63,991 nucleotides of DNA, filler included, from Octopus bimaculoides (GCF_001194135.2; 4 parts of 4 records of this genome joined end to end with filler, not necessarily neighbours in it), one strand, 5' to 3'. Shown: positions 39,426 to 52,906, numbered from the whole stretch's first letter. Notes: generated from the letters alone by a model not told the origin. Numbers and translations are program-made.

Positions 39426-39711
39426 TANNNNNNNNNNNNNNNNNNNNNNNNNNNNNNNNNNNNNNNNNNNNNNNNNNNNNNNNNNNNNNNNNNNNNNNNN
39501 NNNNNNNNNNNNNNNNNNNNNNNNNNNNNNNNNNNNNNNNNNNNNNNNNNNNNNNNNNNNNNNNNNNNNNNNNNNNNNNNNNNNNNNNNNNNNNNNNNNN
39601 NNNNNNNNNNNNNNNNNNNNNNNNNNNNNNNNNNNNNNNNNNNNNNNNNNNNNNNNNNNNNNNNNTATATATATATATATATATGTATACACACACACGC
39701 ATATATATCCC

Positions 39712-39862
39712 TGTAGCTTAGTGGTTCAACAAAAGAGTCTGATAGAATAAGTACCAAACTTTAAAAATAAGTACAGAGGTCAATTTGTTCAACTAAACCA
39801 GTCAAGGCAATGCTCCAGCATGGTCACAGTCCAATGACTGAAACAAGTAAAAGATAAAAGAT
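39712..39862 (+). mobile_element. SINE B 3' fragment
   Basis: gatagaataagtacc...ctccagcatggtcacagtccaatgactgaaacaagtaaaag. Confidence 0.8.
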
Positions 39863-40367
39863 AGAATAGCATATCTTAGGTATTTAAGAAACAGAAAAAT
39901 GAGAAAAATTCAAATTTTTAAAGTTTACCAATCATTTGTTGTGGGAAGAATTGCTAAATATTTCTGACTTTAATGGCCCTTGCAAACTTCTTCAATAATT
40001 ACACTTTTCACATTTTCTGCACTATTTATAGACGTAGTATATGTTCATTTAAATAACATTTATGTTATTTGCTTGTTTGTTTTTAGATTGGTACATGATC
40101 ATGGAATTGTAGCTCAGTCTTTTAAATTGACTGGTACTTGTTTTATTTTACTCCGGTACATAACTGGTATTCATTATACTGACCATAAAGGGATGAAAAG
40201 TAAAGCTGATATCTCAATGTGTTTCGACTATAGAAGGCTGAAATTGAATTAAGCATTTAATTTGATTTTGCACTATTTCTAACATTCTATTATCCTGGGT
40301 ATTTATAAAATAATATTCAAAATGACTTTATAATGTTCAGCTCACTCTATTTAGTGCCCACAGTATT

Positions 40368-40408
<41 letters not shown>

Positions 40409-41149
40409 ACTCACTCACTCACTCACTCACTCACTCACTCACTCACNNNNNNNNNNNNNNNNNNNNNNNNNNNNNNNNNNNNNNNNNNNNNNNNNNNNNN
40501 NNNNNNNNNNNNNNNNNNNNNNNNNNNNNNNNNNNNNNNNNNNNNNNNNNNNNNNNNNNNNNNNNNNNNNNNNNNNNNNNNNNNNNNNNNNNNNNNNNNN
40601 NNNNNNNNNNNNNNNNNNNNNNNNNNNNNNNNNNNNNNNNNNNNNNNNNNNNNNNNNNNNNNNNNNNNNNNNNNNNNNNNNNNNNNNNNNNNNNNNNNNN
40701 NNNNNNNNNNNNNNNNNNNNNNNNNNNNNNNNNNNNNNNNNNNNNNNNNNNNNNNNNNNNNNNNNNNNNNNNNNNNNNNNNNNNNNNNNNNNNNNNNNNN
40801 NNNNNNNNNNNNNNNNNNNNNNNNNNNNNNNNNNNNNNNNNNNNNNNNNNNNNNNNNNNNNNNNNNNNNNNNNNNNNNNNNNNNNNNNNNNNNNNNNNNN
40901 NNNNNNNNNNNNNNNNNNNNNNNNNNNNNNNNNNNNNNNNNNNNNNNNNAGTGTATTACAACAGAAATATGGTAGCAAAAGGATTAATGTCCTTTTTTTT
41001 TTCTGGTTTTGATCACAATGTTTCTTAATGTTAGCATGTTTGACAATTTTTTTTTTTTCAAATGACTTTCTAGCTCTCTCTGTCCTTTCGATTTCTTCTG
41101 CTTGCCTATAACCCAGGTATATTATCTTTGATGTCTGTTTCCCTCAGTT

Positions 41150-41310
41150 CATCATCATCATCGTTTAACGTCCGCTTTCCATGCTAGCATGGGTTGGACG
41201 ATTTGACTGAGGACTGGTGAACCAGATGGCTACACCAGGCTCCAATCTGATTTGGCCGAGTTTCTACAGCTGGATGCCCTTCCTAACGCCAACCACTCCG
41301 AGAGTGTAGG
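41150..41310 (-). mobile_element. Family C, young copy
   Basis: Near-identical reverse complement of 37162-37322. Confidence 0.9.
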
Positions 41311-41600
41311 TTGTAATATTTATTTTTTAGTGGCTGTCGTTTCTTACTGATTATCACTGATTTTGTCTTCTTTACATTCATTTACATTCCATTGTCATTT
41401 ATTAAGGTTACACTCTTGGCCTGTCTTCTACTTCTTTGAAAATCTCAGTGTATAAGTAAAATAGAATAGAGGATAGGACCCAACCTTGATTAACTCCTTT
41501 TTTAATCTTAAATTCTGAGGTTTATCATGAAAGAAAAACTATGTTCAAACATTGACTCTTTCTTCTTAATATTCTATTTTTCTCTTTCACCAACACATAC

Positions 41601-41627
41601 CTTTTCTCCCATAAAAAAGATTTTTAT
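41601..41627 (-). CDS. Candidate 27-nt micro-exon
   Basis: cttcatttccatttctttAG|ATAAAAATCTTTTTTATGGGAGAAAAG|GTATGT; open in phases 0 and 1. Confidence 0.35.
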
Positions 41628-42788
41628 CTAAAGAAATGGAAATGAAGATCTCAATGAAGGATGGTCTCAATGAATAGGTCTAGTGTTTATTCATAATTAT
41701 AGTTTGCTGGATATGTATACACAATTTTTGTAAATGGACAATCATGAAGGTATTGTATATAAGAGTTTAGCATATGAACTGCCCGTACACCCATCCTAAT
41801 GTGTGTGCCTGTTTATGTTATAGGGGAGCTAGGGGGTTTGAATGACCCCACTTTTTGTTCTTCATTTTCTGTCAACAGCCTTTGGCTTTTGTGTGTGTGT
41901 GGGGTGGGTGGGGTGTATTAAGTAATTACTTACATTCTGTACATATTTTTAGTGCTGAAATATTTACATACAGACCTCCCCTCAAACATTTGTAACCACT
42001 TATGAATTAATGTCAAAACTGCATGCCATAATATAGTTTAATAATAAAAACAAAATGTCTATACGTATTAATTATACAGATTTTTAATAATGTGTGTGCA
42101 TATATTCATATATATATATATATATATATACTTAAGTGAACACCAGCTAACATTTTAGCTCAAACAAATGTATATTTGTCTGTGTGAATATCATTATGTG
42201 TACATTTTATATTTACACACAAATAAATGCATAAACATTCTTGTTTTACTAATTAAATAAAACTTATTTTTCATTAAAGATAAAAAGAAATCTATGTCAC
42301 AACTTAAAATCTAATAAATTTAATTACACCTACATAATGTGTTTATGAATACCACCTCATACCTTATGGACAAGAAGAATTTATAATCACATTTTGGCTT
42401 TTCATCAAAAACTCAAGTTTTTAAATCAGATATTGACTTATAGAATGCATATTTGCAATAACTCTCCTTTTTTATTCTCCACCCAAGATATTTTGTTCCT
42501 AATTTTAAACTCATAAGTACTATAATTGGGTGTAGCTTCCAATAGAATTTCTTTAAATTAACTTACTTTTTATTTTTATATATATATTTTGTTTATAAAA
42601 TTTCAGAAATTTAAACTTTCGAATGTCATTATAAAAGAGAAAAAGAAGAGAAAAAAAACTTGCAGATTTTGGATGTGTGATTCAGAAAATATTTGCAAAA
42701 ATTTAGTTTTATTTTTAGCTTTTAATTTGTTAAACCGGGAAATTTGAAATTAAATAGTGGAAGATGGTGATGTAAAACTCACACGTAC

Positions 42789-42851
42789 CAACAACAACAA
42801 CATCCAGTTGAATGTATTTCGACATATATTTATAGAATTCCTTAAATGTTT
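42789..42851 (-). CDS. Candidate 63-nt exon
   Basis: attacAG|...TTG|GTACGT; open in phases 0 and 1. Confidence 0.3.
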
Positions 42852-42927
42852 CTGTAATGATAATGATCCATGACATCTGATAATCCCGCCCCTGTGTGAC
42901 TTTATACATGTGTGTGTGTGTGTATGA

Positions 42928-42962
<35 letters not shown>

Positions 42963-43977
42963 ACATACATAGTAATACTTGTAATTTTCCATGTCATATT
43001 AGGTGAATTTTCTGACCGTTTTCCGCTGAAATAGAAGGTATATAATGGAAGAAAGCATTTTTTGTTATCTTAAGAAATTAGAATGTCACGTCAGCTCTTG
43101 TCAAATTGTATGACAAGATGCTTAGGTAATGCTGTGATCATCTGTGAAATATATTCACATACTAGATTATAGATGTTTTAGCAACTGAGTTGTTTGCCTT
43201 ACACTGGTACATAACAGCAAGTTTGTTATAGGTTATATAAAGAAGGGGTACCTCTCTATTCATAAAATAGTTCAGATTTCAGACTTAAAGCAAAAACTAG
43301 AGTAAAATATCTGTTGAAACAGCTAAAGTATAGCAACAGATAAAAACAACTTAAGAATAAGGATTTAAAAGGTGTTAGTGGCCAGCTGTTCAAATATACA
43401 GATTTTCTCTTGTAAATCATGTTAGGATATCAATGACCATATTAGCTTTGCTTTTTAAGGTCAAGACTGTAAATTCCACATGTATTGTGTGTTGTACAGT
43501 AGATATTAAGTTCCTGACAAGATGAATCTACAAATTAATTGTCATCTTTATCTCTTTTATATCTAAAGCTTATGTAAAAAAAAAAAAAAACAAAGAGAGA
43601 GAGAAAGAAAGAGTGGGAGAAATTTATTTTGTTTTTTTCTACTGAAGTAGAGGAGATGACCAAAACCATGTCTTTATTAAAATGGGTTGTGTAGTTTTTT
43701 ACTGTTATCTTCTTGTATGCCGCCCTTTGGTGTATGATAATATCCGAAGTATTATCAGTGTACACTTAATTAATTACACTGCACAATTTTCCTCATGTCT
43801 TGTCAAAGAAGCTTAATATTTTGTTTACTGTTAGTCTTATCTAAAATTCAAACTGAGATGGTACCTGTAAAGTACATATGTTGAACTGCTGAACTCATAG
43901 TCATAAATTCAAATTCTGACACTGTTGTTGCCTAGTGGTGTTAGGCACATTAGATTATCCTACTTAACTCAGTTAAT

Positions 43978-44260
43978 TCATCATCATCATCATCTCTCCA
44001 TTTTCCATGCTGGCATGGGTTGGATGGTTTGACATGTAGCTGACCAACTGTCCAGACTCCAATTGTCTGTTGTGGCATGGTTTCTACTGCTGGATGCCTT
44101 TCCTAATGCCAACCACTTTGCAGAGAATGCTGGGTAATTTTTACATGTCACTGGCATAGGTGCATTTATGCAGCACTGGCACAGGTGCATTTATGCAGCA
44201 CTGGCACAGGTGCATTTATGCAGCACTGGCACGAATGCATTTTATGTGGCTCTGACACCT
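43978..44260 (-). mobile_element. Family C with a 25-bp tandem triplication (44161-44235)
   Basis: catcatcatc...tggatgcctttcctaatgccaacc; tgcatttatgcagcactggcacagg x3. Confidence 0.8.
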
Positions 44261-46194
44261 GTAAAGGACAAGCCTGTATGTATGGAAGGCAATGATTTTA
44301 CTTGGCTTGATGCATCTTCTCAAGTACAACAAATCACCAAAACACCTGGTCCCTTGTCATTTCAAAAAAAAAAAAAAAAAAAGGACCATTCATATGCCTA
44401 CTTCATTAATCAATCCAGAGGAAGAGCATCCAGGTATAAAATACCTGTGCCATAAATTTATATTGATACATCAAATGCTACTGAATTAACTAGCCTAAGA
44501 TAGCATGAGCCAAAGGTGACATAAGAACTGATTAAAAATAAGATTCTTAATTTCTAATTAACTTAAAATGTCGGTCTCAGATTTATTTTTGATGAATTAA
44601 TTGTGAAAATCTAGTTAACCACGATGACATTAATTTGGTTGCCATACAGCACGTTCATTATTTTGTAGTTTATTCTAATTGTTATTTTCATCTATTACCC
44701 TTTCTTAGTAGTGAACAAATAGGTAAATAAGCCCTGAAAGGCTGGAAAAAAATAAGGTATCATTTAAGTACTGGGGTTGATTTTATCAAGTAATACTGGT
44801 ACCTCACAGGTCTCTTCAAACAAGGGACTGTAGTTAAGATCCTGAATAAATCTTCTTGGTGCTGCTTGTACTTTAAGGGTAGGTGATGATGTAAACTCCG
44901 ATAGATCACAATATTCTCATGAACAAGAACAAATTTAAATATCAAGTTTGAAAGACATAACAATGGAAAATTGCCATGTCATTCTATGATTAATGGGATA
45001 TACATATGATGTCTGTCATTGTCTACAATGCAAGAAAATTATGTCCAGAATCCATGGAGACTGATTGCAATAATTGGCAATAATTGTTTCAAATTGAGTT
45101 TATAGGATGTCAATAATTTCATTTGCTATGAGGAGTGGAAGGGTTGATGCTTAAAGATATTTCTCTTTAATGATGAGTAGAAAAAGATAGTTGTTAGCCT
45201 GGCACTCGAAGATATGGCAGAATGAGGGAGTGGGACAAAGAGAAGCATTTATGCTTAGTAACATTTCACAAACTCCTTTATATGTCCTCTGTCTGTGTCC
45301 AAATTCCCCCTTGTTATCTTGACAGAGGATGAGAATACAGAAAACAATGTGTAGCAATTCTTTCACTATAAAAGAAAGGGCAGTACATGAGCTGTTGGAA
45401 GAAAAAATATTTAAAAAAAAAAAAAAAAAAAAAAAAGAAACTTTCAGTATTGTATCAGTGGTAATATTTAGTGGACATTGTGTGACCTCTATTGTTTTAC
45501 TAACACAATAGATAGTTAATTTTCTGAGGCATGATTAAGATCAGCTTTTAAGCCATCATTCAATTTGTGGCTATGAAACTCTTATTATGATCATCATAAA
45601 TTACATCAAAAGAATACATTTTTGTCAGGAGCCGTTTGGACTCCAGCTTAAACTTTTTCGTTTTTCATCTTAATTGATATTGTGCAGAAACTGACTCTCA
45701 CCTCATATTGGAGCTGGGATCACACAGTTGCAGTGCCTTTCTTTGCAGAGATGATGCCGTGATGCCGAGATCATTACAATCAATGCAACCTAGTTGCCTG
45801 ATGAAAATCCGTTGTCATGGGATTAAACTCTCATTTATTTCCAGCCTGTCTGCGGACATAATTATCAGTGACCTGTTTAGTTCAAAGAACACAAGGTATA
45901 TCTTGGTAACTCTGTATTGACAACTTCATGGGAGCAATGCCTTTTTAAGATATCATCAACATTATTAATTACTTCTCTGTCATAGGGGGTGTGCTTCCTT
46001 CCTGTTGTTTTCCTAAGATAAAATCAGTACAAAAACATGCTACAAGTGGTCTCATTAAAGATAATTTTGAGTTGATAAGTTCAAATTGATCACTGGATTT
46101 GTTTCTGTTTGTTTTTATGTGACTAATAATTTCTGATATTAAGATTGAGTTCGCATTTCAACTTCAAGAGGTTGATAAAAGAGCTCCCAGTATA

Positions 46195-46532
46195 AGTACA
46201 GGCATGACGGTGTGGTTAAGAAGCTAGCTCACTTTGCAACCAAATGGTTTCAGGTTCAGTCCCACTGCCCAGCATCATTATAGCCCTGGGCTGACCAATG
46301 CCTTGTGAGTAAATTTGATAGATGAAAACTGTGTAGGAGCCTGTTGTGTGTGTTTTTCCCCCTCCCCCATTGCTTAACAACTGATGTTGGTTTGCCTATG
46401 ATACTGTGAGGTTATCAAAAGAGACAAACAGAATAAGTACCAGATTTTTAAAAACTAAGTACTAGGTTCGATTTGTTTGACTAAACCTTTCAAGATGGTG
46501 CCACAGCCCAGTGACTAAAACAAGTGAAAGAT
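46195..46532 (+). mobile_element. SINE B, older copy
   Basis: ggcatgacggtgtggttaagaag...ggttcagtcccactg...gactaaaacaagtgaaag. Confidence 0.8.
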
Positions 46533-48194
46533 AACATATTCATATTGCATCATCAGATTTCATCCTACTCAATTAGGGAAAATGACTCCATACGTACTCA
46601 AAATAAACCATATTTTAACACTCCAGCATGACCACAGTCTCATGACCGAAACAAGTAAAAGAAAGAAGATATCTGAAATAGCTGAGAGTTTCATTATTTG
46701 GACTAGTTGCTTTTAGTTTGCTGTTCCATTCTAAGTTCAAATCCCACCAGGGCTACACTTTACATTTTGTCAGTTCATTGTATCGGATAAAGTTGGTTAC
46801 AGCTCAGCTTTGGTTCAGGATTTATATTTTCTTGACTGCATAGACTTATCCAAGTTTTATTATATGTTAAAGCTGTAAATGTTAAAGATTGATGGATTGT
46901 CTCATCAGAAAAAGGATTATTAATAATAAAAAGAAGCATTTACAATTGGAGTAACAATGTTTTCTTAATTTTTTTTATATACTACATTAGAACTATTTGA
47001 ATATTAGCAATGTCCTTGAAGAGTAGTCATAATTGCAGATTTGTTTAGCCTACAACATCATGGAAAAAAAGCACATTAAAATTATGTCGATGGGGAAATA
47101 TTTCCATTTATTCTTCTTGATATCATGACAGTTGTCTATTGATGCAATGAGTTTAGGTTGTCCTGTGTTCCACATGTTATTCATATATCTACATGTAATT
47201 CTTTCATGTAATTTGTTCATGCATTTATTTTTCCATGCTACCCATAGAAAACTAGATGAATATATTATTGAGGCACTGTTTTATAGTCAGAGACTTTCCT
47301 TATTGTCAACCCATACCTGTTTTTCAAATAAAGGACCTCTTATTCAGTATATTTTCAAATGTGCTAACCTTGTGGTATATAGTTCGTTGACAGAGGAAAT
47401 GACAACAATGAAGAAATGCAGACTTGCCTCTGTGTGCGTGCACACACACACACACACTATATGGTTTTGAAACATTTCTCTACATGCAGTTACATGAATG
47501 CTTCATTTCTATAACTGCAAAATTACTTTAAAATCAGTGTTTTTTACTTGCATAAACACTAATTAAATTTTTTGTGCAAAATCCATTTTCAAACATTTTA
47601 ATTGCCATTAAGTACAATGTTTACCATTTATATGTTCTTAGATTAGTCTTGAACACACGAACCTTTATTTCATAAAAATTCATCCTCAGAACATGTACTA
47701 TAGTGTAGTAAATATGGCACCTGATGACAAACAGAACATTTTGAAAGTAATGAAATTGGAACTGTGTGAAAAGAATAAATTGGTTCATGTTTAAAAAAGG
47801 TTTTCAACAGTTTTAATAATTCCAATAAAAAAAATATTAGGCAGATAACACATACATTAAATCCACTTTATTATACTTGTAGTGCATGCTTTGGAGCCGA
47901 TATATTACAGATGTAATACATACATATAAGAAAAAAGCTGTAATAAAATGTGCTTTTATGTTTATATTTTTCTTCATATTTTGTTTGAGCATTTGTCATG
48001 CAGTTTTGTACATTAGTGGAGCTGCTATTTTTTTTATACATAAACTGGTGTCATCATCTCAAATCAAAATGGTGTCTAATTTTAGATAGGCTGAATGTAG
48101 AAAATACAATGCCAGTGGGAGACTGCAATCATGACCTTTGAAAAATATTGTTTTGGCACTTAACCTTTCAACAACTGTGTCTCTGTATCTGTAT

Positions 48195-48390
48195 ATTGCT
48201 GATGGATTGACAGATTGGTTAAATCATATGATAAAATGCCTTGTAGTATTTGTGACAGTTTACTTTCTGAGTTCAAATCCTGCCAAGATTGACTTTGCAT
48301 TTCCTCTTTATATGGATACCGGTCAACTACTGGGTTGATATATTTGCTTGTTCCTTCCTACCAAAGTTTCTGGTTTTTGTCTGTGTGAGA
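48195..48390 (+). mobile_element. Old SINE A-like copy
   Basis: ttctgagttcaaatcctgccaagattgactttgc. Confidence 0.6.
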
Positions 48391-48572
48391 AACCATCATC
48401 ATCATTATCTACTATAATAATACTCTTGTGTTTTTCTCCATCACAACATATGAATGAGAAAGGAAGGGGTCATAGATGAATAAGGAAGGAAGGAGTGATG
48501 GCAAACTGGAAGTGGGAGCGTTTCAACTCTGTGAGTATATGTGTGTGTGTATGTAAAAGAGAGGTATGTGAA

Positions 48573-48617
<45 letters not shown>

Positions 48618-49369
48618 ACAATGGAAGTGAGATGGTGAACATTCAATGCTGAAAAGAAAACTCAAACAGTGTTTCAACTCTGTGTGAGTATATGTGTGTG
48701 TGTGTAATAGGGAAGTATGTGAATGTTTGTATGTATGAACCAGTGTTCTTTCAGTAACAAATGATGATTGATGTCACATCTCAAAAGATAACCACTAGAT
48801 AACATTGACAAGTGTATTAATTTGATTTACTATCCATGGACAATGGAACCTGGCACAGCCCTCTGACTTGTCACCTCCTATCAAATTGTCCAACCCATGC
48901 CAGCATGGAAAATGGATGTTAAGTGATGTTGATGATGATGATGGTGGTGGTGATATATCCGTAAACAATACATGGTACTTTTTATAAAATATTAGCTTTA
49001 GAAAGAATTACTATGCTATTCTTCTATTATTGGACATTCTTCTATTCTTCTATTATTGGACGTAAAGGGGCATAACTAGAAAATAAGTACCAAATGGTCT
49101 TTTGGGTCCAGTCTACTGCTTTTGCCATCCCTTGATGGTATTTATATATATGTGTATATATGTGTCTGTACAGAAGTGCATTTTCAACCACAGGTTTCAG
49201 GTTCAGTCCTTTTAGGCAGTATCTTGGGCAAGTTTCTTCTACTGTAGCCACAAGCCAGCCAATACCTTGGTAGATAGAAAAGCTTTGATTGAACCAATGC
49301 TTTAGGTATCATACGGTGTGATTGAACCTAGAACCATGTGATTGCCATGCACGTACCCATTGATGGTGT

Positions 49370-49830
49370 TTGTTTGTCATCATTATCATTAGTCTTGTAA
49401 CTATTTTCCTTATGCCAGCATGGCTCAGATAGTCTTATCTCTTTCATGCTGTTATTGATGATTCTTAGTTTTTTCAGGCCATATATATGTTCACACAGTT
49501 TTTCTCATCATGCCTCTACCTTAGTACATTTGTTTAGAAACGATTGGTTTCTACTTTATCCCATTGATTCGTGACATTTTATCTCTCAGCATGAGCTTTA
49601 TTCAGCCTTATATATGTCCAAACATTCATAATACTATCTCTCTGATGAAGCACGTGATATTTCTAATATCACCCTCACCCCATGCTATATATTTTGATGC
49701 CCACTATATATTCAGCAGACTGTATCTTCACAACCCATATGTGTTTTGTTGTACAACATTGCACATCTGGGACATCTCATGTTTGGAAATGAAATCTCTT
49801 GTCTATGTTGTGAAGAGGTAAGCTATGTCT
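49370..49830 (-). mobile_element. Probable RTE LINE 3' remnant
   Basis: Ends in a family-C-like ccatgctggcat...gataatgatg tail preceded by decayed coding-like sequence. Confidence 0.4.
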
Positions 49831-50322
49831 TAGTTTCATTTATAGTTTAATTTGTGTTTTTTTTTTAATTCTTGTTATTGAAAAGAATATCTTTTCAAGA
49901 ACGGTGTTGTGGTAGAATTGATAGAGTGACAATCACAATACTTTGATATCTAATAATGTTTCACTACATTTTGAATTCATATTTTATCAAGGTTGATGAA
50001 ATAAAAAAAATAGTCAATGACGATATTCTCACCAAAATTCATGGTCTTGTGACTATGACAGAAATATTAGTATGCTGTTTACAGTTTTTTTTTTCACTCC
50101 TGTGAGTACAAAGTAAACTCCATTTAAGTGTGGTCTTTCATTCCGTTTTGTTTCCCAGTTGTGGCTATATTTCTGTCCATAACTCTAATCTGTCAGAAAG
50201 TCATTTGAGCTGATTGATTGTGAATTTTGATACTTGATTTTATTCTTTCCAATAGATAACTTTCTAAGCTTGAACAAACTGCTAGTCCTTTTGACTCTGA
50301 TAAAATATTTACATGCATGCAT

Positions 50323-50377
<55 letters not shown>

Positions 50378-50462
50378 ACTTCATCAGTGGAACATAGTCT
50401 GTTACTGCAAATATATATATATATATATAAAATCTGAAGTAAACTCTAAATTTAAATTATAT

Positions 50463-50579
50463 ATATCATCATCGTTTAACGTCCGCCTTCCATGCCAGCA
50501 TGGGTTGGACGATTTGACTGAGGACTGGTGAAACCGGATGGCAACACCAGGCTCCAGTCTGATTTGGCAGAGTTTCTAC
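50463..50579 (-). mobile_element. Family C, truncated at scaffold end
   Basis: catcatcgtttaacgtccgccttccatgccagcatggg. Confidence 0.85.
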
Positions 50580-50679
50580 NNNNNNNNNNNNNNNNNNNNN
50601 NNNNNNNNNNNNNNNNNNNNNNNTTAATTAATTAANNNNNNNNNNNNNNNNNNNNNNNNNNNNNNNNNNNNNNNNNNNN
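50580..50679. other. Artificial scaffold spacer
   Basis: 44 N + TTAATTAATTAA + 44 N. Confidence 0.95.
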
Positions 50680-51080
50680 TATATATATATATATGTACAC
50701 ATATAATGAAACAACAATGTTTTAAAACAATATTTTTATATACAAAGACCACTTATCGTCTGAAAACAAGTAAGGCCTGATAGCATGTTCTACTATGCTT
50801 TCTCTGATTGTTTTAGGTACCTGGTGAAGGTACGTGGTTTAGTGGTTGGGATCCTTAGTTTGATTCACGTCGGAAACTTTATTTCACTTTGACCCAGTCC
50901 ACTCAGCTGGCAAAAATATGTAGTACCTGTATTCCAAAGGGCCTGATGTCAGGTGTAGATAGTACATTGCTAATGACATCAGCGAATTTCTTGTAAGAAT
51001 AACGTGTTGTGCTTGTTTGTGGTGTTGTTTTCTGGGAACTTCAGACCTCGCTAAGCAATTTTAAATGTGCATGCGCGTTG

Positions 51081-52297
51081 TATCAGGTTGAGTAAAAAGG
51101 TAAGCAACGTTTTGAACCATGAAGAATTTGTGCTGGATATTTGCAGAGTTTTGAATTATTTTAAACATTGTTTTTTTTTGTTGTCTGATAATACAGACAT
51201 ATACTTTCACAAATGCATTGATAAATTAACATTGATATTTTTTTCATCATTGTTACAATCATCTGAAATAGAAATGTCAAAGCGCTATATTTGAGCAATT
51301 TTAATATCCAAGCAGCTGAAACGTTTAGTGAGAAAATGACCAGTGAGTGGTCAGCTCGAAATTAGTTTAATGAACGATTTCGCAGTGGAGAACCGAGCCT
51401 TGAAGATCGTGAGTGTAATGGACGCCAATCTGTCATCGACGACGGTCAATTAAATACCGTCATTGAGAAAAATCTACGTAAAACCACTCGAGAACTGGAA
51501 AAAGAACTTCAAGTTAGCCAGAAAACTGCATGCAAACATTTGCATGAGATCGGAAAAATCGAAAAAAGCTCGACAAATGGATTTCCACACGATTTTAATA
51601 AAAATCAGAAATAAATTTTGCCCGTCGCTTCCTCGTAACCAGACCGATCCATTTGTCGACCGTATTGTAACTTGCGATGGAAAGTGGATTCAGTACAATA
51701 ATAAAAACGTTCTTCGTATTGGTTGGACCAATATGAAGCACTGAAAACCTTCCCTAAACCCGAGCTCTTCAAAAAGGTTATGCTGACTGTGTGGTGATGT
51801 GCTGCTGGACTCATCCACTATAACTTCTTAAAACACACAAAAACCAATATTGCAGTAACATATTGCCATGAAATTGCCAAAATGAAAAAACTGCTACTCC
51901 TCCATCCTGGACTGGTCAGCAGACGAGGGCCAACCATTCATCATGACAATGCTCGACCACACGTTTCACTAATGACGCTCCAGAGGTTGAGGGAACTTTG
52001 CAACGAAGTTCTTCCACGGCCAGACCTTACTCCCACCGACTACCACTTTTTCAAGCACTTTCATGGTTTCCTGCGAGAGAAGGAGTTCAAAATTCAAACC
52101 GATGCTGAAAGTGCGTTTAAAGAGTTCATCAGTTCCAGAACTCCAGATTTTTATGTTAACGAAATAAACACTCTCGTTGACAAAAATGTGTTGATTGTAA
52201 TGGTACTTACTTTGATGAATAAAATTCCTGCATTGTTGAAATATATTGTGATGAATTTCATGTTTCACAAGATTTCTTACTTTTACTCAGCCTGATA
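51081..52297 (+). mobile_element. Full-length degenerate DD34D mariner (Hsmar1/mellifera-like)
   Basis: TIRs tatcaggttgagtaaaa and ttttactcagcctgata. RFRSGEPSLED, DRIVTCDGKW, HHDNARPH, PDLTPTDYHFF; frameshifted. Confidence 0.92.
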
Positions 52298-52690
52298 TTA
52301 ACAGCCTTGGTCATCGACCACATGACTCCAGAATAGCAGATGAAGATGCAATATTATATTTTACTAATAGCAAAATCTGATTACTTCTAGAATAGAATTG
52401 CATTTCTTCGATTCGTGAAATAAATGTTTTATTCTTTATTTTCAAACAGCGCTACATTTCTGCACACACGTGCACGTATACATACACGTGCATGTATACA
52501 TACATAAATACACACACTTGCATATATATATATATATATATATACATATACACACACACACACATATATACATACCTACATTTATACATGCACGGGTGTA
52601 TGAAAACGTCTGTATGTATGCGTGTATGCATACATAAAAACATGCATACATGTATACATACATACGTGCATGCACACAGGGACCCATACG

Positions 52691-52906
52691 TACATGTATG
52701 CTGAAAAGTTCTTGGCTTTAAGGGTATCGGGAAGGCCTGATTGAGCCCCCAACCAGGCCATTTACACGCATTTGCAGGGCTCAGAGCAACTGAAGAACCG
52801 CTGCAGTGTGTGAATCTGAGAGGGGAATATATTGAATAAAATCATAAATGACTAATCCTCCAGTATTTTCGTTTACCCAAAGCCAGGAATCTTTAAGCGC
52901 CTGTCT

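Noticed and set aside
42789-42810. LDVVVVG as a Rossmann FAD-binding motif
   Set aside because: No downstream exon supplying GxGxxG was found; the next candidate exon makes it VVVVD.
45690-45872. Minus-strand frame with one in-frame TGA (selenocysteine idea)
   Set aside because: No selenoprotein similarity or SECIS seen; a single stop in a short frame is expected by chance.
49716-49817. Open plus-strand exon ending at GAG|GTAAGC
   Set aside because: Overlaps a probable antisense RTE remnant; phase compatibility could be chance.
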